Positions 40,870 to 52,670 of a DNA stretch of 64,000 nt are shown here, in pieces. Origin of the DNA: Raillietiella orientalis (lineage: Eukaryota); assembly GCA_036172245.1 (NCBI GenBank), contig JAYWIR010000013.1, forward strand, positions 1,612,001 to 1,676,000. The letters are read 5' to 3'. Both the position numbers and the translations under genes were made by a program. Below the pieces are notes generated by a model. It was not told the origin of the DNA. It saw nothing but the letters and a program-made list of their open reading frames with translations, and searched no databases. The first letter of the stretch is position 1, and every line of letters starts with the position of its first letter.

Positions 40870-41500
40870 TGGACGTATGGCGACGGGAGGCTCACCGCGC
40901 GGGAGCGCGCTCCGCCCCGGGGGCTGGCTAGCAGAAGTGGAAAAAGGAGGAGACACCGGGAGTGGCTGTCCCGTGCCGGCGATGCAGGCGGAGTCCTCTT
41001 CCTCGAGTTTCAGGAGCAGCCGAAGGGGTCGTGAGCCACGGAGTGGGTGGAACGGGGGGCCTCCCTTCCGACACGGTCGCTACTCTCTTGCTTGGCGAGT
41101 CCCGACTGCCCCTCGGACTCGGACCAGCAGAGGGAAGTCCTTGAGGAACAGAGCTAAAGCCTGGAAAGTTCCCTCGGAGAGCCTCCCCGGACGAAGGAAG
41201 GCTGCCAGCACGTGTCGTCGTCCCTCTGAGGCGAGACATGTGGTCCCGCAACAGGAGGAGGGGTCGGTTCGACCTCCCCGCACGCCTGGCACAGTCTGGA
41301 GACGCGTTGCCCGGTGGTACCGGCGCGCTTCTACTGGCGCGCCCTCTCTGCTTCGGGTGGGGCGCTCTCTGGCAGTCTCGCGGTTGTGCGGCAGTTCTGG
41401 CAGGAATGCCAGCGAGCGCCGCCACGGATACCCAAGGGCGAGGAGCAATGGGCTCCTTCGGGAGCAATGGAGGCAGAGGAATCAATTTCTCCGGCACGCC
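40870..41500 (+). mobile_element. Tx1-like RT fragment
   Basis: VEKGGDTGSGCPVP (QGCPLS-like), RVSGA, LRNRAKAWKVPSESLPGR (W...LSL.GR), LRRDMWSRNRRRGRFDLP. Confidence 0.5.
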
Positions 41501-41749
41501 AAACTCCCACGAACAGAGGTTACGGAGTCAGGTGGCCGGGTGAGGAAAACCCGGAAGTGCAAGCGGAGTCAACGGCGTGAGTGAACGGAGGCCGCAAGTC
41601 CGCCTTGCGGCCATGGGGAAGGCCAGCACCATTCTGCGCCTGCCGACTCGCAAGCGGGGGTAGAACGCCGGCTCGCCGAGGTAGTTCTCGTCCTACGGTG
41701 GCAGAACAAATCCCGTCACCCATCGAAGGCCTCAAGTCCTCCTAGTAAC

Positions 41750-44700
41750 GGCGGACAGTTCGGTGATGGTCCACCTCACAGGAATAACAAAGACCGATGG
41801 AGAAGGGAGAACTCATCGGGCGGTTGTCCAGGAGCGGGGCCGTACACGTGGTCTGGGAGAAGTCAATCGTGTTCTTTGCATACGAAGTACCATTTGGCGG
41901 TATGGCCGCGGCCCGCACGACAGTCCCTGGAGGGGATGAGGGTGGGAAGGACTCATCCACAGATCGGAGGCGGGCGCTGGATGCGGCGGCGTGTTTCCCG
42001 GACGTGGAGCTCCAAGCGCGTCGGAGCTTTGACGAAACGGAACACCTCAAAAAGGCGTTGCTCCGAAATCCCCGGTGTCGGAGATGCCGGCAACTGAGGG
42101 GTTCACTCATATCACGTGCCCGAAAAAAAAAAGAGATTGGCACGTCCTTTCCGCCGCCGCGAAAACTGAGGTAGCGAAAGCATGGCGCAGAAAGAACGGC
42201 AGGAAGGACTTCTTCTTCCGACAAAAGGAAGGAGAAGAAGAAACGGGTGGGATGTGTGCCAGCCAGAAAAACCCGCGAGTTTCACATCCGAAGTTTCGGC
42301 GGAGGAAACCAAGGAAAGGTTGCTGAGGACGTGGGATGGCAGAAGGTCGTTGGCAACAAAAAGGGAAGCCGCAGCACTCGGCGACGACAAAAAGAACAGC
42401 AGAACAAGGAGGCACGATTGCGGCAGGTGACACTCGAGGGGAGCCGCTGACATCGAGAGTGCGGGGGCACGTGGTCAACGAGACGATCGATTCTGCTATC
42501 CACGGTGCGACCAGTCCCACGGAGTGCTGGCGACGTTCCTGCCCCCTTCCGGGTCGGCGAGGGGATGCAGCACAAGAGAATGCTCCCGGGGAGGCCAAAA
42601 CGAAAACGACCCGAGGGGGGGAGTTCGAGGAGAGATTTCCGAGACGCCGAGTCGGAGCTGGAAGATATGGAGTTGACCGGAGCCGTTGATGGACCCCGAT
42701 GTCACGAGCGCACGCGAGCCCGAAAGCCGACACGAAGTATTTCTACGGGAGTGGCACAAGTCGACCTCCGGAAGCGAGACGTCAACAGGATCCCCTCTAC
42801 GGAAACGGTCCTGCGATCCCGGTCCTCAGAGACGCAGCGAGGACAAGGGGGTGAGCGGCAGTCCCCCCAGGTTTCTCCTCTCCCTTCGAGCGACCCGCTC
42901 CACAGCGAAGTGGGAGCCATCGCGAAACGTTCCCAGCAGTCGCGCCAGGAATCGCCCCGTTTGCGTCGTGCGCGAGTTGTCGTTTGGAACACCAACCGAG
43001 GGCGCGGTCTCTGCGACCACAAAAGAGTCGTTGCTCCTCTCCAGCTGCAGCGCGCGCAACACACGCGCGGGCCTCCGTTCTACTCCAGGAAGTGCTGCAG
43101 GTTTCCGCGGAAGAGGCGGTGGGAGTCGAGGTGCACGTGCGCCAGACGATCGAGCCCTGGCGGCTGGCTTCCGCGCACGCGCGCAGAGTCGCCCTTTTTG
43201 CGCACGCGACGCTCGCCGATGCGGGCGCGCGGCGCCCGTCGTTCGAGCGTGCCGACTCGTCCTGAAGTGTCCTGGCCCGATCGACCTCGTCGCGAAGGTC
43301 GTTTGAGCGCCATGCGTTTGCCACGGATGCGCGACGAGCGGACTCATTTCTTCGGCGCGCTCAGGAACCACTGGGCAACCAACGCGAGTCTCTGCGTGAC
43401 ACGTGCGACAGCGGGGGATTTAACAATAAAATTAACAGCGATAGCCCACGTTGGCAGCCTTGTGGCTGCAGTCTGCTGCGCGTGGCACCAACGTTGCGGG
43501 TTCACAACCTGTAAAGGATCAACTGGACCTCCCATTGGTGCGTCCCAGCCAGACTCCTGGCCAAGCTAGCAGCCGGGGCGCTGCGGGACTCGGTACATTC
43601 CTCGTGCACGGCCACCGATAGTTGCCCTGATGCGGGTGGGTCGCCCTGGTCCAGGAGAACAAACGGTTTTCCTGCAACCCCGCCGACGATAGTGCCTGAA
43701 AACAGGAAACGGTTCAGGAGTTAGCGAAATGAAACGGCGCTATCCCCGAGCCATCGCAATGCCTGCGATCCTCGAACTACGCTCACTGCCCGCTGCAGGA
43801 AATCATGGCCTGCCCAAGGAAGGCCACCTGGACACTCACCCCATTTTCAGCTGCGCTCAACAAGGTCCAACAAAGTGGAAATAGCGATGGCCCTGCATGA
43901 TCGCAGGAAAAAGGAAGTGGTTGGGATGCTGGACGGCGCATCAACTAACTGACGCATGTACTCCCCCCCCCTCTAAAGGCATTCCTCGCTGGATGAAACT
44001 CCTGGACATTCCTCTTGAAGAGGCAGGAATCACCCCAGTGTTTGTGAGCAGCTCTGCGCTTCCCCTGAAATGGCAGGACTCGGCATTGCGGTTGATGCAC
44101 TGGGAGATCCCCATGCAACGCACGAGTCCACCAGTGGACTAGGGGGAGTCGCACTCCCAGACTGCTCCAGGTACGGGGAACGGGAAACATTTCCGCACCT
44201 GTTGTTGGATCGTGTTGCGCTTCTGAGAGTCTGCAACGCTTTGCTGCAGCCTCCCCCATTCCCGATGGGGAACGTCAGGGAGATCTTGCGGCGCCTCTTG
44301 GCGTAGGACTCGATGTCTCCTGCAGCTTCCCTTGCAGCCCCGTGTTGCCTTCGTGGGATCGGAGCGCTGAGAGGAAACGCCGAAAGAAGCCAGTCGAACG
44401 ATAAGATCATCCCAGTCGTCTGCTCCTTCATGAGGAAAGCGGCAAGATGGCCACATCTCTGCCAACAAAAGAAGGAAGTCGAGGCCTTGTGGTTAAGGCT
44501 TCCGCGTGTGGCACCATGCGTCGCGGGTTCGAATACTTCGGCAGAAACTCTGACGCCACTGCGTCGTCGAGTTCCGAGTTTCTCCTGCAAGATGGAGCTG
44601 GTTGGCCGAGACATTCGGGCGTGGCACCGGCGGTGGATTAAGCCGGAGGCCCCCGATGAAGGCCGGAACAATGGGAAATTGACCTTCGGGTCTTCCTAGG
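41750..44700 (+). mobile_element. Decayed L1/Tx1-like LINE with ORF1, APE endonuclease and C-terminal zinc finger; RT apparently deleted
   Basis: ORF1 knuckles ETEHLKKA...PRCRRCRQL (42030-42100); endonuclease motifs VVWNTNRG..KR, LLQEV, ARRVALF, EGR, ERTHFF, AGDL, GFT (42975-43510); PLKWQDSALRLMH and DCSRYGERETFPHLLL (44060-44210); terminal WHRRW...GKLTF* (44699). Confidence 0.75.
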
Positions 44701-44898
44701 AATAAAGGAGGGGGGAGTTCCCCCTCCGGTTTCAAGATGGAGCAGGAACCCTCAAGGCACCTCTCCAGTTATTCAAAGGAGCGGACCCTCCCCGTTGCGG
44801 GGGGGGACCTTCCGAGTCGTCGCCTCTTCACAGAGTGCAAGGAAGCAAGCGAGAGCGATTCCCTGCGGGAAGCTGCAGCGCCCCTTCCGAGTTTCGGA

Positions 44899-45050
44899 AG
44901 CGTCCCTTCGGGGTTCTCTTCAGAGGAGTGAATAGGAGCGGTTCCCTTGCGGGTTCCCTCCGGAGAAGAAATTCCTACAAGCGGATCCTTTCCGGGTTCC
45001 CTTCGGAGAAGGAAAAGAGGAACAGTTCGCTCCGGGGTCCCCCTCTGGTT
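44899..45050. repeat. Four degenerate ~40-nt tandem repeats
   Basis: Units start at 44899, 44937, 44980 and 45021; core close to AGCGGTTCCCTTCCGGGTTCCCTTCGGAGAAG. Confidence 0.7.
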
Positions 45051-45799
45051 GTGACAATGGAGAGTCCATCGCGTACCATGCAGCTGGTTGATACCCTCCC
45101 CCCCTGTCGAGGACCTGCCTCTCCAGAGTGTGTAAGAAACTCGAAAGCCCGTCGTGGACTTCGAAGCACGCACTGGAAAGATGGCCAAAATTATTCGCCG
45201 CGCCCAAGGTGCACCTCCTTTTGTCTGTTCGAGTGTGACCTTGGATCGACAGCCCTGGGGAGTATGTAGGCGACGCGTGCCTTACCATGCACATTCCCGA
45301 AAAAGATTACTCGACAACTTACCTACTGCCTACTGATTACAAGCCACGCAACATAAACATTGAAAACATCCGCATCTATTGATCTTCCGAATGAACAATT
45401 TATGGCAGTTCCAAATCGTTAGGGGCGTGGGTTTGAGCTGCCACCTTTTACATTACGGTAACAAACGAATGTGCCAGAGGCAGTGCAACCAGATCCGCTG
45501 GCGAGCTGGGCGGGGCTCGTGCAGAGCATCACGACGGTAAGGATGGAGGACACCGACGGGAAACGTTCAAGAAAGAAGCGAATGATTCCAGAATGCGGTG
45601 TTCTCCACCGCGATGCATTCGGCCTCGGCTGCAAACGGCACGTATCACAGACATTGGCTCTCCCTCCGACCCAGCAAAGTCGCGATCCTCAATCCTCAAG
45701 CCCTACGTGCCGACCAGTTCATTCTTCAGCACTGAAACTCGGCTAGCACACTAGGCACTTCACGCCCTACTTCTCTTTGTTAAACATTCCCTACTCCCA

Positions 45800-47000
45800 G
45801 AGTGCCTTGCGCGTTTCCATCCGCTTGGAAGTTCTTTTTTGCCGTAGTTTTTGATGACCGATCCAGTCGAAGAGTACAACGGGAAAAGACAATCTTCACT
45901 ATATTTGTCTTCATCGAAGACGCTTCCACCAACAAGCCTGCCTTCTTCCTGATATGCACATCCTACTGCATTCCACTGCTTCGAAGATTTGCCTGTGGCT
46001 ATTACATCCTCGGAAAGCAGCATTTTCTCTCCCGTCCGATCTCCAATCCACAGCACGGTTCGAACTTGTCGTTGACACGCTCGCAACGGCAACGCCGTCT
46101 CCACGCTGCCTGCAGCACTCTCGTAACGCGCACGGATGGCACACCGATGGCAGGGGACAATGTGAGATCTACGGAGCGGTTGGATTGTTTTCCCATTTTG
46201 TCCACCAGCAGCTGACAAACTGTCATAGCTCTGCTCGGATTTTCGGAAATGTTTTCACACCGCTTGGAGTTGCCGCTATGCAGCCCGGATGACGGCTTGA
46301 AGAGGTCTTGGAAAATTGTTTTCGTTTCAGATCCCTTTACTGTTGCGTCCAATGTCATTTCTTAAGCTTCTCTTCATCTCATTCTTTATTGAGGATCTGA
46401 GTAACATGAACATCGGACCACGCTTTTATTGCAGTGTCGAACATATCAGCGATCTTGTAAATAGGCAAAATCAGTCCCATGATGTGCGAAGGGACATTCC
46501 TCGACGCGAGATCACTAGCTGCCCCCAAACAGCGGTACTTCAAGGCTTCCAGCTGCTGCGCCAGCTACTATATATATATTTATTGATATGCGGATGCCAT
46601 CCGGGCTTGGGCTGTTTCGTAGTGGCCAAAGGGGGGAGATGTCTTTTTGCCTGTGGCTTGTCCACCCCGAAAGTCTTTTTCTATCAGAGTGTGGTCCATT
46701 TTTCAGAGGAAGCATACAGAGACGTTGATCAAGAAGTGCCTTCACTACTTAGCTGAGAAGCCAGCAAATACATGCGGGGAGAACGCTAGAAGGGATTCCG
46801 GAGATTCTAGATGAGACGAATGCGTTCCTGGTGGATGCGTCCGTAGCTGTTTGAAGCTTCTCACATCCTTGGATACGGCAGTGCTCACGCTCGCTTGCTC
46901 GCTCAACCCCCTTTCACTCAGAAGAAATGATTTCCATCTCACCTACGGGTGGTGAGCTGGATGAATTTATTTCTGCAGGAGTTTCCAGGAAATTCCAAAA
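45800..47000 (-). mobile_element. NeSL/Utopia-like remnant with internal deletion
   Basis: EASNSYGRIHQERIRLI, LRNSPSPDGIR (PGPDG motif), NVPSHIMGLILPIYKIAD, then CQLL...WRRRCR from the post-RT region. Confidence 0.5.
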
Positions 47001-47735
47001 AATCAGTAGGCATATCCAAAGTCTTGTTGATACCAGGGAGACAGGCTCCATGTCCTTCTACTCCGTAGAGCGTTGCGGAGGCCGGCTTCGAGCTACGTGG
47101 TAGACCGGCCTGGATCACGCACAAGATCAGAATGCAAGGAACCCGTCTGCATCCTGATCTCCCGAATGGAACTTCATTCGTCCATGTATTCCCCTCCTCC
47201 CATATGGAACCTTGTTCTGAAGTCTGTCCGCGACAACCCTCCTCCTCTTTTCTGTGTCTGCTTGTTTTTTTGTTTTCGCGTGTCTACTATTATTAGTGAT
47301 GAGTCAGCAAGATTTCCGAACAGAGCACCGAAAGTTCGAGGCTACGAAGACACTGACGGAGTCCAAGATCTCGGAGATGGAGTTGAAAATAGACATGATG
47401 TGCGTGGACGCCACGTCATCTTAAGCGGCTGCTAGCTGAAGTCCACAGGTGCGACGTAATTCCGTCTGCTGAAAGAGTAACGAACTCGGAGGGAAGGAAA
47501 TCAAAGTCGGATTGAAGAGGCAACAGAGGGTCTCCCTCAATCCAGAGCGGTACGTTCTGGATCATGGGAACTTATATGAATGAATTACTCGGCAAACCTG
47601 GATGTAAGTAGCAAGAGGCGCAGCTTCGCTAGCTTTTTTTTTTTGGAAAAACTTTTTTTTTTCTTTATTTATTCACTTACATGGATGGCCCGACACATGG
47701 GAGTCGAAAAGATAGAAAGTACATTCAATGTCCAT

Positions 47736-48260
47736 TTAACCCTTTGAGTGCTGTGGACGCATCTGTGCATCCGACAAAAACTATCAGCGTGCACTATAGA
47801 CGCATACATGCGTCTGGCAAATGTTTTTACCTTGTACACAGGCGACATAAGTTAACATTATCAATGTTTGAAACGGGCCCATACACCTGCGTTCTTATTA
47901 TTGCCTTAGCAACCATAGGAAACAAAATTCTATTTATATCGGCTAACTATTGTTATTGCATGTTATAGTTGTGTCGTATGTAATTTATTGTATTGTACCG
48001 CACCCAAAGGAATTATTGATTTAATTGGAATTATAATTTTTAAATAAATAATGCAAATTTGGGAAAAATAAAAATATTCTAATTGATGTGGTGTGAATAT
48101 ACAATTACAATAGTAACTTTAATCAGCACTTTATGTAGTCAGTTGGGTGGCACCTCTGATAGAGCACACGGTAGGCGCAAAAGTGTTCCGTGCAGCTGCG
48201 ACTCGCGTGCCGTCAACGTGGAACGTTTCAATCTGCTGAGCTCCGCACGCAAAGGTTTAA
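47736..48260. mobile_element. piggyBac-like MITE
   Basis: TTAACCCTTTGAGTGC at the left and GCACGCAAAGGTTTAA at the right (14/16 inverted match including the TTAA flanks). Subterminal GACGCAT..TGCGTC palindromes and an AT-rich interior. Confidence 0.5.
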
Positions 48261-48369
48261 AAGAAAGTCCCTGGGGATTCGCTCATGTAAAAGAGCTTTC
48301 TCGCTCCAAAATGTACAAAAAACAAGACAAAGGAAAAAGAAGGAAGCAAAGAAACGGAAATCTTGGGAT

Positions 48370-49700
48370 TGTCATTCTGGTACCAGTTTTGAGCAAGTCT
48401 GTAAACCAATCACTGCAAGAAAGCAGAGCTCTTGATGAACAAGTTTGGCAGTCTGCCACGAAAATTTCCGATCCAGCCTTCGCGCGCACTCCCTTCAAAC
48501 CCATTTCCAGCAATGATTGCTTCGATCCGTACAGCTTATACAAACAAGGGACACATACTTCTGGATTGCTAAACTTCACGAACTCCATCCTCGATGCTCG
48601 TGCCTGCGATCCCAACTTCTGCCTCGGAAAGAAATGAATCTGGAAAAGTCTTGGTTTGCTTGTGTGTGTGCTTCTATAAAGATCAGGGTGCTTTGTTATT
48701 TACCTTGGATGTGAGCTGTGAGGCCCCCGGAAAGTATCGCTACGGAATGGGAACGAAGAGGAATAGGGCCCATTATCAAAACTTCACTGCACCAACTCGT
48801 AACTGAGCAGCAACTGATTCTGATTCTTGCATTTGTGTGCGAATTTTCACACCCTCCAGCAAACTCTATAGAATCCTTCTCGTTTTCGTTTTTGTTCCCT
48901 AGAAAACTGCCGCAGCCTCCTTCCACTAGATGAAGATTCCCTCTCAATGAATTAGAAGAACAGCGCTAATCGGCAAACATCCAAGCACCGGGATTTCTTT
49001 CTCAGACTGTTGAAAAGAGATGCGTATTCCCCCATGCATTCATTTCCTAGGAAATTCGTTCCTAGGAAATTGTGCGTGTTCTTTGAGCAGCCAAACGATG
49101 ATGTTTCATCACTTGACTCATGCAATCGTATCCATACAAGGCTGAAGAATTGGGAGGGTAGCTTTGAACTCGAACATTCTGCCATACGCAGGCGACCCCA
49201 TCTAGAACTGGACAGGAAATTTGGAGTCAGGCCTTGTATATAGAGTGGTTTTCTGTTTTTCCTTACCTCCACAGATGTACCCACTGATGCAGCAAACTGC
49301 ATAAGACAGGTTTTTTCTTCCTTTAGGTTACTTGCTGACTTTAGCCCAGTCCAACTTTCTGATCTCGGGAAAGTGAAAACGGAGCATCGTCGGCTTGCAG
49401 GCGATTTCGGAAGTCAGTCACATAGCAACCTAGTCAACTACGTACGTCTTGGGTGAGTACAGATTCCGCAACGCTATGTAAGGTTGTCGTTGCCCAAGTC
49501 TCCCACTGAGCACGCACGCACTCCTCGGTCCTGCTCAATCCCACAGATCCCGCTCAGCATCGGAAGACGAAAGGTCCCCTCCAACCACTGAAAACCACTC
49601 GCTCGTAAATGGTAGATCAGGGAAGGCTCGTGCTGCAGTCTGCAGCCCAAACTCAACTTCGTGGGGAGATTTGAAAATCCAGGGGCTTGCTTCAGCGCGC
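48370..49700 (-). mobile_element. NeSL/Utopia-like RT remnant
   Basis: Ordered degenerate RT motifs: WETWATTTLH...DVRS*, RKLDWAK, KLPSQFFSLV, ASLFNSL, EFAGG (at the YADD position), HIQGK, GLKGV...SRALLSCSD. Confidence 0.5.
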
Positions 49701-50079
49701 GCGCTTGACGATGGCGGAACGGGAAGCGCCCCTCACCCAACTTGGGAGGGAAGTGCAGAATACTGGAAGCGGAAATGAAAAAGGCATGCAGCACCCGCGT
49801 CGCGGAGGGACATACGAAGGAGCTGTGTCTCACCACTCAGTGCCTCCCGTTCGATCAGACCAATGTGCCCGGAGCCAGGTACTCAGGGTCCCGCGAACCG
49901 TGCAAGGTCAACGGGAAGCAGACCTGCTTCTCCGAGCGAAGCCAGCAGACAGTCCAGAAACTTCCACCGCTCTGTGCTGGACGACCGCAGAGCAGCGAAT
50001 GCTGCGACGAGGACCGCCAACGAAAAATACGGGAGCCGACAACGTGAGAAAGAGTGGAAACTATGGAAGCCTTCTGCGG

Positions 50080-50690
50080 TCCTAGTTGACCAACCAACAG
50101 CGTTCCACTTCTTGCACCAGGAACTTCTGGAGCTCCTCCTGCAACACCTCGGCCTCCTAGAGCGCCTGACAGTCCAATTGACCTCCAGCTGCGCAATGCC
50201 TTGATTGGCGTTTCTTTTAGCGGAAGCTGCGCTTGCGGCTTGCCCTTGAGCAGGGGAACACAGCAAAGAGCTAAGCCCAGTTATCACCAGCATCTTTGAG
50301 TTGGTGCTGAAGGCGTACGGATCCACCTGAAGATCTCCGGGTGCAGTACTGTGAAGTACCTCAGTATGCTCATGGACGACCTCTGCATAGAGAGAGAGAG
50401 TGGTCTGGACTCCTTCAAAGACACTCGTTCCATTCGTTTGCAGCAATTTTCTATAGCCAGAGTGGAACACAGATGGAACACTTTTGTTCCCCCCTCCTGC
50501 ATCCTCCACTTTTTGCTGCTCCTCATCCTATGTAACAAAGCAAACGACTCATGGACTCCTGAGGAATGCCTTGTGAGGCCTAGAGAAGTCAAAGGAAACT
50601 GTGACCTCTCGTCGGGATACTGCGGGATTGAGTATCCTAATGATGAGACCAATGGACTAATACTCCTTTCCATGCTGCATCTCGATTAAA
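50080..50690 (-). mobile_element. NeSL/Utopia-like post-RT fragment
   Basis: IEMQHGKEY*SIG, TTLSLYAE...EVLH...GDLQVDP...SSLLCSP, AKRNANQGIAQLEVNW. Confidence 0.5.
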
Positions 50691-50792
50691 ACTTTTAATC
50701 ATTCTTTATTAAGAAAATTAATAACTCCTAAATAATCAAATCAATGATATACACACACCAAAAAGGTAGGTTCCTCGCGGATTATCATTTAT

Positions 50793-50820
50793 CACTTTGA
50801 TCTTAGCCAAAGGCCGAGAA
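50793..50820 (-). ncRNA. U2 snRNA 5' fragment (not a full gene)
   Basis: The minus strand reads TTCTCGGCCTTTGGCTAAGATCAAAGTG, matching U2 nt ~6-34 with a 1-nt deletion in the stem I loop. The rest of U2 is absent. Confidence 0.85.
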
Positions 50821-50849
50821 TTTTACTAAGCAAGCTCCCCTAATAATCC

Positions 50850-51340
50850 TCATTACCGCCAATTCATATAAATCTTCCTCCTCACTTTTTAATATCCTCA
50901 TAATAATATGTTTCCGAAGATCTAATGATGCAAAGGCGAAGCGAACATTGGCATCTTCCCGAGTGCCATACCCCCAGACATGCTGTTGGCCTCGAAGGAC
51001 CAGAGTCACTTATGTCATGCATGCAACCATCGCAGGTTGAAGCAACTCAGCTTTCTGCTTTGGCAGATGGACTACTTGCTGAAGGACAATTCATGGACCC
51101 CCTGCAGATCCACCAACATTATCGTATAGCTACAGGAATCCGACGATACCTGGGTGGGAATTTTAATAGTCATGCCGGAACACCTACGTCCTGTTCGTCA
51201 CCTGGGAACACTTCCCCTTACGGAGGTGATGCAGGATCGAAGGGAGTGGCCTGAGTATACTCCATACTCTTTGTGGTAGAGCTTTCTTCATAAAGAGTTA
51301 ACAAAGGCAGTTGTCGTCTTGCAGGACAATAGGTCCCTTT
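50850..51340 (-). mobile_element. Highly decayed RLE-domain fragment
   Basis: LPSILHH...FRHD, IMLVDLQGVHE...RK, SMSGVWH in RLE motif order. Confidence 0.4.
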
Positions 51341-51469
51341 TACAGAAAAAATATATATGTAGAATGAGAATATATAGAATTTCAGAGGAATTACGCTCAA
51401 TTTCCACAGTCCCCACAATATCGTAATAGTGGTAGCTCAGAATTTTCAGTTTGTAGGTTGTTCACATTC

Positions 51470-52670
51470 GGAAATCTAGCCCCTGGTTCCAGTACACCTC
51501 CTGGGAGCGTTGTATGTTGATTCATACCATCTCATGTTTGATGTTTCCGGCTCACCTCCATTTGTTTTGAACTTATTTAAGGACCTTACTCTTGCTTGAG
51601 TCGCACGCACCAAAGGCTCCAACAACGACTCGTACTGATGCAAGCACCCCTTTACCGGAGAAATGCCGAGCTAGACTCCAGCATTTACTTCCTGTCTCTT
51701 CTCAAAGCCGCCCTAGTTTCGCGAAACCGCTCTCAAAAGGGCAGGCTACGCAGAGTATAACCATCCGGTCGTTGCCTTTCAAGACAAGGCAAGATCAGGT
51801 CGGAAGCTGAAGTCTTCTGCGAGGATCAACTGATTGGAAGCAGTCACCACCACGTGTTCGATCATCATCCCTTTCATTGTGCTCATCACCGCGAGACGAT
51901 ACGTAACGGTTTAAGAATAGAAGATGCAGTAGTTGACGATGTGCTGGAGAGACTCTTGCCAAACCGCATATCTCCTGAACATGCGGTCGATGCCACTCCT
52001 AGTGGGTGTAGCTCGTATTGGCATTTGATTTAAGCGAGTCGCGTATTTGAAATGATAGTGCGTGGATCCCTTACAGGATCGACTAAGCTCCTCAGCGGAT
52101 GGGCATTAGGCCAGATAGCAGATGTGGCCACGCTGATTGCACAGACCAGTAAACAGTGCCCTATGGAGAACTTTTGGGATCCCTGAAGAACAACTATCGC
52201 TCCCATGAGTCTTCCTGGAAAGTTCCGTGCTTTCTCTCCCACTCTGGCATGCCGGAGTTCATTTTGCATTGAGGTTTCCCACGTAATCAATGCTACTACA
52301 GAGTAACCAGTCGGAGTGTTTCCTTGAACTGCCTGAGGTGACATCAAATGATTCTGTACCTCTTGCTGGATTGTGGTTCTCTTCTGTCAGAATGACTGCA
52401 GAGCGCCTGCCCAACAGACCTTCTGTCGCATCTGGTGAAGAGTTTGTTTCTTCCTCAAAAGCTCCCCACGGCCGCGATAGCGACGACACTGTGCTACGTT
52501 CGCTGCATCGCGGTGGCACATCTGGCACCAGAAACACGCCAAGACCTTATTCTTCTGCAAGTGTGCGGTGTGCTAGAACGTGGCATCACTTCAAGGAAAC
52601 CGACAGATAAGAACTTACCTGCATAGTCCAAGATTCAGAAGTAATGGCACTGAATTCGACCCATCCTGAT
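51470..52670 (-). mobile_element. 5'-truncated NeSL/Utopia-like element
   Basis: LQKNKVLACF, ATRLNQMP, ESLQHIVNYC, FRPDL (51791-51803), VACPFESG, VVVGAFGACD, QRSQEVYWNQ. Stops and frameshifts throughout. Confidence 0.75.

Noticed and set aside
44478..44545. tRNA-His-like string with A-box/B-box spacing (TGTGGTTAAGGC...GGTTCGAATAC)
   Set aside because: Anticodon and acceptor stems do not pair, and it lies inside the Tx1 C-terminal coding remnant (EALWLR).
40372..44735. Many long overlapping ORFs (e.g. 42505-43569, 354 aa) as novel genes
   Set aside because: Expected in GC-rich sequence; the recognisable motifs hop between frames as in a decayed LINE.
44899..45050. CRISPR-like repeat-spacer array
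   Set aside because: Eukaryotic context, degenerate units, linkers too short, no cas genes.
44700..45800. Bidirectional piRNA-cluster promoter at the orientation switch
   Set aside because: Fragments to the left are of mixed orientation, and no promoter evidence is visible.
50803..51009. Copia-type ORF ending in the U2-derived peptide FSAFG
   Set aside because: No integrase, LTR or Copia RT motifs nearby; the flanks are RLE-type.
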